Source: Thermoplasmata archaeon
GTDB lineage: Archaea; Thermoplasmatota; Thermoplasmata; UBA10834
DNA: 64,000 bases
Assembly: GCA_041304525.1 (NCBI GenBank)
Contig: JBFYNF010000045.1
Location: 7,479-71,478 of the forward strand
Direction: 5' to 3'
The translations under genes and the position numbers were made by a program. Shown one piece after another: positions 26,443-34,252 of the stretch (its first letter is position 1; the number at the start of each line of letters is the position of its first letter). Under the pieces are notes generated by a model. It was not told the DNA's origin and did no database searches. It saw only the letters and a program-made list of their open reading frames with translations.

Positions 26443-27622
26443 TGTCTCGGCTACAATGGCGATATTCTTCGCCGCCTTTCTAATCCTTTTTTCTATTCTT
26501 TATTCCTCTTTGAACGACGCCTTCGACTCTGTGTCGGAGTCGTTCGATGAGAAGTACGAATACATGAACGATCGACTCGATACGCAAGTGACGATACTCG
26601 ACGTCAGTTACCAGAGGGACTCAAACACCCTAGATATCAGGGTCCAGAACACTGGCAGCAAGGTCCTGGACATATCCAAGGTCGACCTGATTCTGGAAGG
26701 GGCCATCCCCACGTCGTTCAATAAGACCATCCAGGGGACGGACACAGAGGTTTGGCTCCCGACTGAGGTCCTCACGATCACTGTCGATGATCCCGATGTG
26801 TCATTCGAGACTGACCTCGACCCGCGCGCTTCGCTCACCAATGACGCCTCCCTGTCTGCCCCCTCGAATGTCTCCGTTGGAGAGAGCGTCTACGTCCTGG
26901 ATGGACAGGACATAGATGTCTTCACGCTCGGAGGTGTCTTCGATTTCACGATTACAGACTCATCAAACATGGTCTCGCCCTCTGACCTGAAAGTGTGGGG
27001 AGATTATCTCTACGTACTGGACGAGGGCACACACATCGATCGGTTCGGACTCGACGGGGCTTGGGTGGACCGGATAGTGAACGACACGACGAACTCGTCC
27101 ATCCTGACCTCATTCAGCGTCGATTCCGAGTACATATACATCATAGACAACAGGAGCCACATCGACCGGTATGGCCTGGCCACAGGAATATTCGTGGACT
27201 CGATTGTGCCGAACGGAGGCACGATGACATCGCCGCGAGACATCTTCGTCAGCTCGCACATCTTCGTGATCGACTACAGTTCGGGATACCATGTTGACGT
27301 GTACGAGCTGGACGGCAGCGGAGGGACGGAGTTAGTCGGCACGGTAGGGCTCTCGTCGCCAACGGATATCTGTGCCAGCGCGAACGGCCTGGACGACGTG
27401 TATGTGTATGTCGTCAACGGATCGAGCGAGGTGGCCGTGTTCAACGCAACGGGGTCGCCCGTGGACATAGTCGACAGCCTGCTGAGCGACTCTGTGATCG
27501 CCGTAGACGTCACAGGCAAGATGTATGTCTCTGACAATGTGAATGGACTCGTCGTGGAGAACCTGGGTACTAACATCAAAGTGGTGGTAGAGAATGGAAT
27601 CTCATGTGTCACAGTGCAATAG
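26432..27622 (+). CDS. FlaF (ArlF)-like protein fused to a C-terminal NHL-repeat beta-propeller
   Basis: N-terminus MGFSVSATMAIFFAAFLILFSILYSS and the following beta-sandwich match FlaF. From about residue 170, five or six repeats of the type YVLDGQDIDVF / YVLDEGTHIDRFGLDG / YIIDNRSHIDRYGL / FVIDYSSGYHVDVYELDG / YVVNGSSEVAVFNATG are NHL-like. Confidence 0.65.
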   Translation: MGFSVSATMAIFFAAFLILFSILYSSLNDAFDSVSESFDEKYEYMNDRLDTQVTILDVSYQRDSNTLDIRVQNTGSKVLDISKVDLILEGAIPTSFNKTIQGTDTEVWLPTEVLTITVDDPDVSFETDLDPRASLTNDASLSAPSNVSVGESVYVLDGQDIDVFTLGGVFDFTITDSSNMVSPSDLKVWGDYLYVLDEGTHIDRFGLDGAWVDRIVNDTTNSSILTSFSVDSEYIYIIDNRSHIDRYGLATGIFVDSIVPNGGTMTSPRDIFVSSHIFVIDYSSGYHVDVYELDGSGGTELVGTVGLSSPTDICASANGLDDVYVYVVNGSSEVAVFNATGSPVDIVDSLLSDSVIAVDVTGKMYVSDNVNGLVVENLGTNIKVVVENGISCVTVQ

Positions 27623-27625
27623 GAG

Positions 27626-28072
27626 GTGGAGATGATGGGCGCAAGCGGAGCATCGACTCAGCTGATATTCTTCATATCCGCGTTGATCGTGGCAACGGCA
27701 GTAGTCGCCGTGGCCGCCAACGGGGTGTCCAAGATAACCAACGGGATAGACCAGAAGAGCGATAATGTGGAGAAGGATCTGCTGACGGACATTTCGATAA
27801 TAAACGACCCTGACGAGATCCCGAACGACCCTGTCAGGATATATGTCAAGAACGTGGGCAAGACCGTCCTGAACCAAAACTATATCACAGTAATGCTGGA
27901 TGGGTTTGCGGTCACGAACTACACGCTGACGCTGAGCGGGAGCACGTTGTCCTACTGGGACCCCGCGAGCATGCTGACGATATCAATAGACCAGAATTTG
28001 GCAGAGGGGGACCATTCGGTACAGGTGACCACCGAGAACGGCGTCTCTGACAAGCTCAGCTTCCGCATATGA
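27626..28072 (+). CDS. FlaG (ArlG)-like protein
   Basis: Hydrophobic N-terminus QLIFFISALIVATAVVAVAANG followed by a beta-sandwich domain; position between FlaF and FlaH. ATG at 27632 with AGGAGGTGG RBS is the likely true start. Confidence 0.7.
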   Translation: MEMMGASGASTQLIFFISALIVATAVVAVAANGVSKITNGIDQKSDNVEKDLLTDISIINDPDEIPNDPVRIYVKNVGKTVLNQNYITVMLDGFAVTNYTLTLSGSTLSYWDPASMLTISIDQNLAEGDHSVQVTTENGVSDKLSFRI

Positions 28073-28076
28073 CGGG

Positions 28077-28787
28077 GTGAACCCTCCAATGGGGGAGACC
28101 TACAAGCTACAGATACCCAGAGACGACCTACATGACCAGCTAGGTCAGGGCCTCCCCGCGGGAACGATAACGTTGGTCGAGGGAGCGCATGGGACCGGAA
28201 AAAGCGCCCTCGTCCAGCGGATGATCTACGGATTCCTTTCGAACCAACACTCGGTAACGTGCATATCGACGGAGCTGACCGTCAGGGACTTCATCAACCA
28301 GATGTACTCGCTCGACTACCCCATATCCTCATGGCTCCTGAACGGGAAACTGAAGTTCGTGCCTGTGTACCCACTCGTGGGCAAGGCCAGGAAGAGGAGC
28401 GACTTCCTGGGCATGCTGATGGGCTCCGAGGAACTGTACAAGAGTGACATCATGATCATAGATACCTTCTCCAGCCTCGTCAGCAACAGCCTTCATGGGG
28501 AAGACAACAGCATAGGTGTGCTGTCATTCTTCAAGAGACTCACCGGCATGGGTAAGAGCATCGTGGTGACAGTGGACCCGACTGAACTGGACCCTAAGGC
28601 GCTCGCACCGTTCGAGTCGGACAGTCACGTGTATTTGAGCATAATCGTGTCACAGGTCGGCGGGATGATATCCAGGAGCATCATGGTGAAGCGGTTCGGT
28701 GGCACCGAGTACAGGGTGTCCCCGGTCGTGGGCTTCAGGATAGAGCCTAATGTGGGCATGGTCATCGAGATCACATCAGTCGTGTGA
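28077..28787 (+). CDS. arlH: FlaH (ArlH) KaiC/RecA-like ATPase
   Basis: Walker A LVEGAHGTGKSALV and RecA-like core. Conserved operon position before FlaI. Confidence 0.8.
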   Translation: MNPPMGETYKLQIPRDDLHDQLGQGLPAGTITLVEGAHGTGKSALVQRMIYGFLSNQHSVTCISTELTVRDFINQMYSLDYPISSWLLNGKLKFVPVYPLVGKARKRSDFLGMLMGSEELYKSDIMIIDTFSSLVSNSLHGEDNSIGVLSFFKRLTGMGKSIVVTVDPTELDPKALAPFESDSHVYLSIIVSQVGGMISRSIMVKRFGGTEYRVSPVVGFRIEPNVGMVIEITSVV

Positions 28788-28797
28788 GGTCACGGTC

Positions 28798-30429
28798 ATG
28801 GCGGCGAAGTTCAGCAAGGTCCTGGAACGGAATCCCCACCTGAACGTCTATCTTCAGAGATACGCTCAGGAGACAAACCAGTCGCCGAAGTTCATGGACA
28901 CACTGGGCAGGGATCTCGGGAAGGAGGCGACCGTGGATGTCATCTACCCTGTCGGCGACCCGATATTCATACACCTGCACGGCTCCAAGGACACCGGGCA
29001 CAAGTACGATGTCGTGCAGCCAATGATGGAGGACGAGCTTGGCAAAGCGTACGAGAAGGTCGTCAATAATGTCTTCTTGAAGTCAGGGAAGGAGAAGATC
29101 CACTCGACCGATGAGGAGTTCAACGAGGTCCTGGACAAGCTCCTGAACGAAATAGTCGAGGTCACAGAGAGACGCATCCCCTCGAAGGTCGTACAGCTGT
29201 TCAAACCCAACTCCAAGATCTACGTCACCCCAGATGACTACAGCATCCTGGAGTACTACGTCAAGAGGAACATCCTCCAGAACGGCATCCTCGAACCGAT
29301 ACTCAGGGACCCGTACATAGAGGACATCCACTGCGTCGGCGTCAGGGAGGTGAACCTGTACCACAAGATCCTGGGCATGGTGGAGACGAACATCAAGTTC
29401 TCGAACGTCTCAGACCTGGACAAGTACACCAAGGGGATGAGTGAAAGGATGGGTCGTCCCGCATCGATATCGAGACCGATCATCGACGGCGCCCTCCCGG
29501 ACGGTTCCCGTATCAACATCATCTACGCTGACGACGTGAGCGTCAACGGGCCGACATTCACCATCAGGAAGTTCTCAGCGGAGCCGCTGAGTGCCGCTCA
29601 ACTCTCTGGATGGAACACTGTCTCCGCGCAGGAGGCCGCATACCTCTGGCTCTGTCTCGAGAACGGCATGAGCGTGTTCGTCTGCGGTGAGACCGCCTCA
29701 GGTAAGACGACCCTGCTCAACGCCATATTCCCGTTCATAAGGTACGACCAGAAGATATTCTCGGCTGAGGACACCCTGGAGGTGCAGCCGCCTCACGCCG
29801 TCTGGCAACAATTATCCACAAGGGAGTTCGGCCCGGAGGAGAGCAAGGTGGACACCTTCGCCCTCCTGAGAGCTGGACTCAGGTCCAGACCCAACTACAT
29901 CATCGTGGGTGAGATCAGAGGGAAGGAAGGGAACGTCGCGTTCCAGGCGATGCAGACTGGCATCCCGGTCATGGCGACATTCCACGCCGCCTCCGTCAAG
30001 AGGATGATACAGAGGTTCACCGGCGCCCCGATCAGCGTGCCCATCACGAGCATGGACAACCTCAACGTGGCGGTCTTCCAGGCGGGCGTATACAGGAACG
30101 GGAAGTTGATCAGGAGGACCCTGTCCATCGAGGAGATACTGGGCTACAGCGAGTCGATGGGCGGAGTGATGACCAGGGCAGTCTTCGTATGGAACCCGGT
30201 GAGCGACCAGCACATATTCCGAGGGATGAACAACTCGTTCATACTGGAGGAAAGGATCGCCGTCAAGAGGGGGTACAAGGACAAGAGGGACATATACAAG
30301 GAACTCGCCCTCAGGACCAGGATCATCGAGAAGATGGTCGAGACGAACATGACCTCCTACAAGACAGTCAACGACATCCTCAAGGCATTTCAGAAGGAGG
30401 GAGTGGCCGGCCTGCCGTTCACGGTCTGA
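28798..30429 (+). CDS. arlI: FlaI (ArlI) archaellum assembly/motor ATPase, copy 1
   Basis: Secretion ATPase of the type II/IV family: Walker A VCGETASGKTT and Walker B/His box. N-terminus MAAKFSKVLERNPHL. Confidence 0.9.
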   Translation: MAAKFSKVLERNPHLNVYLQRYAQETNQSPKFMDTLGRDLGKEATVDVIYPVGDPIFIHLHGSKDTGHKYDVVQPMMEDELGKAYEKVVNNVFLKSGKEKIHSTDEEFNEVLDKLLNEIVEVTERRIPSKVVQLFKPNSKIYVTPDDYSILEYYVKRNILQNGILEPILRDPYIEDIHCVGVREVNLYHKILGMVETNIKFSNVSDLDKYTKGMSERMGRPASISRPIIDGALPDGSRINIIYADDVSVNGPTFTIRKFSAEPLSAAQLSGWNTVSAQEAAYLWLCLENGMSVFVCGETASGKTTLLNAIFPFIRYDQKIFSAEDTLEVQPPHAVWQQLSTREFGPEESKVDTFALLRAGLRSRPNYIIVGEIRGKEGNVAFQAMQTGIPVMATFHAASVKRMIQRFTGAPISVPITSMDNLNVAVFQAGVYRNGKLIRRTLSIEEILGYSESMGGVMTRAVFVWNPVSDQHIFRGMNNSFILEERIAVKRGYKDKRDIYKELALRTRIIEKMVETNMTSYKTVNDILKAFQKEGVAGLPFTV

Positions 30430-30443
30430 TCCGCGTTTGCTGG

Positions 30444-30509
30444 CACTGATAGTCAGGCCTGAGAATTGGGCGCCAACCCTTATTACTTCAGGTTCTGGAT
30501 TGGCCTTTG
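30444..30509 (+). promoter_or_regulatory. conserved promoter/start module A (shared with 34185-34252): TGATAGTCAGGC..GAGAATTG.GCGCCAA.CCTTAT, about 22 nt, then start codon and GCCACCG
   Basis: About 36 of 41 nt identical to the element before the surface-protein gene. Same spacing (22-24 nt) from the TTAT(T/G)A box to a start codon (TTG 30507), consistent with a BRE/TATA and leaderless start. Confidence 0.5.
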
Positions 30510-30608
30510 AGGCCACCGAGCGCAGGCTCCACAGGGCTACCTCCGCCCAAGGGTGCGGCATTGGCTCTGCTCAGGAGCCGCTTGAGGCGCCTCAGCGGAT
30601 GGGTGAGG

Positions 30609-32258
30609 ATGCCTGCAGACGAAGCTGGCCTGAAGAAGGCCATGAGGAAGAACCCGCACCTCCTTGAATACGTCCAGGAGTTCGTCAGCAGACACAGGTC
30701 GCCTCCAGAGTTCCACCCCGTGGTCGAACGCAAGATGGGGGACGAGCAGCAGGTCAACGTGATCTACCCGATAGGCGACCCGCTCTTTGTCCATGTGTTC
30801 TCGACAGATAGCATACCCATCAGCTACAAGTCCGTGCAGCCGCCGATGACGCCGGACCTGCAGCCCAAGTACAGAAAGGTCATCCAACAGGTCTACAACA
30901 AGGCCGTCTACATGGACCCGCACGAATCTGTGGAGGAGTTCGAGAAGAATCTCCTGCAGCTGATAGACGCCTCGACAAAGATCTCCGAGAGCAGCACGGA
31001 TGGCGACGGCAAACGCATCTTCGGCGACCTTTTCACGGAGCCAAAGATATTCGTCACCCAGCACGAGCAAGACCTGATCAAATACCATGCGAAGCTGGCG
31101 ATTGTGCTAGCAGGACCCCTTGAGCCACTCCTCAGAGACCCGTACATCGAAGATATCCACTGCATCGGACACGACAACGTCTCCATCGTCCACAAGATAT
31201 TCCAGGCGATGCCGACCGATGTGAAGTTCGAGTCGATGGAGGAACTCGACAACTATGTTCGGGCCTTGAGCGAGAGGATAGGCAGGCCGGCGTCGATGGC
31301 TAGGCCGATAGTGGACGGTACGCTTCCTGACGGGTCACGTATCAACCTCATCTACGCTGACGATGTGAGCGTCAAAGGCCCCAGCTTCTCCATCAGGAAG
31401 TTCGCCGAGGAACCTATAAGCATAACCCACCTGATCGAATGGAACACCATCAGCGCCCAGGAAGCCGCCTACATATGGCTCTGCCTGGAAGAAGGCATGA
31501 GCATATTCTTCTGCGGGGAGACGGCGTCGGGCAAGACGACGACCATGGGCGCGGCCCTCCCATTCATCAAGTACGACAGCAAGGTCTACACGGCCGAGGA
31601 CACCATCGAGATGCAGGTTCCACACAAGGTGTGGCAGAGGTTGGCAACGCGGGACTTCGGCCCTGAGGAGAGCAGGGTCGACACGTTCTCACTGCTCAAG
31701 GCCGCTCTAAGATCGAGACCGAACTTCATCATAGTCGGAGAGATTAGGGGCAAGGAAGGGAGCGTTGCGTTCCAGGCCATGCAAACGGGCCACCCCGTCC
31801 TGTCCACGTTCCACGCGGCATCGACGAGGAAGCTCATACAGAGATTCACCAGCGACCCCATCAATGTGCCCATCACGTTCATAGACAACCTGAATGTCGC
31901 GTTCTTCCAGGCAGGCGTGTACAGGGAAGGTAAATTCCTGAGACGGACGATGTTCATTGATGAGATCGTCGGGTACAACGAAGCGCTAGGCGGGATCATG
32001 ACCCGGACCATCTTCCTGTGGAACGCCGCGGACGACTCTCACATGTTCAAGGGGATGAACAACTCCTACATCCTCGAGGAGAAGATTGCGGTCAAGAGGG
32101 GCTACAGTGACAAGAGGAAGATATACGGTGACCTGGCCCTCAGGACCAAGATACTCGAAGAGATGGTCTCCAGGAAGATATTCAAGTACGAGAAGGTGGC
32201 GGAGATAACCAAGGAGTTCCAGAAGAAGGGGGTGAGCGGCCTACCGTTCCCCGTGTAG
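30609..32258 (+). CDS. arlI: FlaI (ArlI)-family ATPase, copy 2 (tandem paralogue)
   Basis: About 60-65% identical to copy 1 over the ATPase core (GRPASMARPIVDGTLPDGSRINLIYADDVSV...CGETASGKTT). ATG 30609 aligns with the copy-1 N-terminus. An in-frame TTG at 30507 adds 34 Arg/Pro-rich residues and sits at the conserved promoter-module spacing, so the true start may be 30507. Confidence 0.85.
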   Translation: MPADEAGLKKAMRKNPHLLEYVQEFVSRHRSPPEFHPVVERKMGDEQQVNVIYPIGDPLFVHVFSTDSIPISYKSVQPPMTPDLQPKYRKVIQQVYNKAVYMDPHESVEEFEKNLLQLIDASTKISESSTDGDGKRIFGDLFTEPKIFVTQHEQDLIKYHAKLAIVLAGPLEPLLRDPYIEDIHCIGHDNVSIVHKIFQAMPTDVKFESMEELDNYVRALSERIGRPASMARPIVDGTLPDGSRINLIYADDVSVKGPSFSIRKFAEEPISITHLIEWNTISAQEAAYIWLCLEEGMSIFFCGETASGKTTTMGAALPFIKYDSKVYTAEDTIEMQVPHKVWQRLATRDFGPEESRVDTFSLLKAALRSRPNFIIVGEIRGKEGSVAFQAMQTGHPVLSTFHAASTRKLIQRFTSDPINVPITFIDNLNVAFFQAGVYREGKFLRRTMFIDEIVGYNEALGGIMTRTIFLWNAADDSHMFKGMNNSYILEEKIAVKRGYSDKRKIYGDLALRTKILEEMVSRKIFKYEKVAEITKEFQKKGVSGLPFPV

Positions 32259-32265
32259 GTCCTCC

Positions 32266-33927
32266 ATGGCTGCGAGCAAGATGAAGCGTCTCTACCAGTC
32301 CCTCGACATGCCCGTTGAGAAGTACTTCACGAGATACGCTCTCCCGCTCGTGATAGCGGGCATCGGCGCGACTGCCCTGCTGGTCTTCCTATTCCCCGAA
32401 CTGGCGGCCGATGGGCTGTTCAAGTATGTGTTCCTGGCAATCCCTGTCCTCTTCTCGGTCGTGGCAGTAATATACCCGATGCTACAGGGTGAACGGAAGA
32501 AGGTCCAGATAGAAAGGAACATGCACCTGTTCCTCGTCAGGATGAGCGTCCTCTCGACATCGAAGCTGCCAAGGAAGAAGATGCTCGAGATCCTTTCGAA
32601 GGTCAAGGAATATGAAGCGCTCAGCCTTGAAATCGAGAAGATCTACAAGCTCATGGAATACTGGAACATGGGTCTCTCGGACGCCGCGAGGACCGTCTCC
32701 CGCAAGACTCCCTCGCCGATGCTAGCAGATTTCCTCGACAGGCTCGCGCACTCATCCGATGCGGGCGAGGACCTCGAGGAGTTCCTCACCAAGGAGCGGG
32801 AGGTGTCCATGAGCGTCTACATCAACAAGTACGAGACGGCGCTCAAGGACCTCGACCTGCTGAACGAGATATTCGTCGCCGTGCTGATATCCCTGATGTT
32901 CATCCTCGTGTTCGTCGCGCTCCTGCCCGTGTTCGTGGACATATCCATCACCCTCATTCTTCCGGGCGTCGCGCTGCTGTTCGTCATCGTCGAGGGGATG
33001 GTGCTGTATCTGGTCAAATCGCTACTTCCATCGGACCCCATATGGCACAACATCAAGGGGCAGACCGAGATCGACAAGGTGATGAAGTCCGTCCTTCCGG
33101 CGACATACGCGGCATGCATCGGGTTCGCCGCCTTCGGGTTCCTGACGGGCTTACCCCTGATGCTCATAGTCGCGCTTGTCGTCACACCGCTCCTGTATCC
33201 AGGGTTCATGATAAGGAGGGAGGAGAAGCGGGTCAGGGCCAGGGACGAGAACTACGATTCGTTCATGAGGGCCGTGGGCAGCTACGCGGCATCTGCTGGC
33301 TCCGCGGTCACGGATGGCGTCGGCAGGCTGAGCAAGCACGACTTCGGGGAGCTCTCGGAAGGCATAGTGATCCTGTACAAGCGCCTGCTCACCCGGATAG
33401 ACCAGATACGCGCCTGGAACCTGTTCGCAGCCGAGAGCGGGAGCAACCTGATCTCCAAGTTCACGGAGATGTATGTCGTCGGTCTGTCCGTGGGCGGGAA
33501 GGTGGACAAGGTCATCGACATCATCAGCGACAACTTCGTGAAGCTGATGGGCGTCAGGCGCAAGAGGTACCAGTCATCCGACAACATGCTGGGGACATTG
33601 TATGGGATGTCCGTCGGCATAACGTTCACCTTGTTCTCCGCGCTGAGCCTGATGCAACTCCTGAACATCATGAACGAGCAGTTCGCGCTCTCCCAGACGA
33701 CGATCAATCTGCCCATCGCGCTGAAGCCATTCGACCTGGGCCTGGCTGAGGCGGTCTTCCTGCTCATCATGCTCGTGCACTCGCTCATATCCGCGAACCT
33801 CGTCTCCTTCGCCGGCGGCAGCCACAAGCATAGTTTCTACATCAACTTCGCAATCATAACATGGATCAGCACCGTGACGGCCATCGTCACACAGTTGATG
33901 CTCGACAAGGTCCTGAACCTCTCATGA
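32266..33927 (+). CDS. arlJ: FlaJ (ArlJ) polytopic membrane platform protein
   Basis: 553 aa with two TadB/C (T2SSF)-like halves and multiple TM helices. Immediately follows the FlaI genes. Confidence 0.85.
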   Translation: MAASKMKRLYQSLDMPVEKYFTRYALPLVIAGIGATALLVFLFPELAADGLFKYVFLAIPVLFSVVAVIYPMLQGERKKVQIERNMHLFLVRMSVLSTSKLPRKKMLEILSKVKEYEALSLEIEKIYKLMEYWNMGLSDAARTVSRKTPSPMLADFLDRLAHSSDAGEDLEEFLTKEREVSMSVYINKYETALKDLDLLNEIFVAVLISLMFILVFVALLPVFVDISITLILPGVALLFVIVEGMVLYLVKSLLPSDPIWHNIKGQTEIDKVMKSVLPATYAACIGFAAFGFLTGLPLMLIVALVVTPLLYPGFMIRREEKRVRARDENYDSFMRAVGSYAASAGSAVTDGVGRLSKHDFGELSEGIVILYKRLLTRIDQIRAWNLFAAESGSNLISKFTEMYVVGLSVGGKVDKVIDIISDNFVKLMGVRRKRYQSSDNMLGTLYGMSVGITFTLFSALSLMQLLNIMNEQFALSQTTINLPIALKPFDLGLAEAVFLLIMLVHSLISANLVSFAGGSHKHSFYINFAIITWISTVTAIVTQLMLDKVLNLS

Positions 33928-34184
33928 GGGAGAAAGGTGAGCGTCCGTCTGCGGTCCATGGCTGGCCTGAAGAGGTTTGGCCACCGAATCTTGCCTTTCG
34001 CAGTCGTCCTCTGAGAGAACGCGCATGGGCCAGCCTCTGGACAGGTTCTGACGAACGCTTGATTCGACTATCCTTAGCGCTTTTCATAAGCGTTTGGCAA
34101 GGAATCTCCGCACTGAGAATCGGTCGAGATTCTCTTCCCCACCCTGTGTCCGGACAACTGGTGTTGTTTCGCTGCACTTGACGC

Positions 34185-34252
34185 ACATGATAGTCAGGCG
34201 CGAGAATTGAGCGCCAAACCTTATGAGTGGATAGACCTGATTTTGACATATG
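34185..34252 (+). promoter_or_regulatory. conserved promoter/start module B (paralogue of 30444-30509)
   Basis: CACATGATAGTCAGGCGCGAGAATTGAGCGCCAAACCTTATGAG, then 24 nt, then ATGGCCACCG (start of the 1033-aa surface protein). Contains the internal GGCGC..GCGCC inverted repeat. Confidence 0.5.

Noticed and set aside
29812-30561. 249-aa minus-strand ORF antisense to the 3' part of flaI-1
   Set aside because: Antisense to a conserved ATPase gene. Low-complexity translation.
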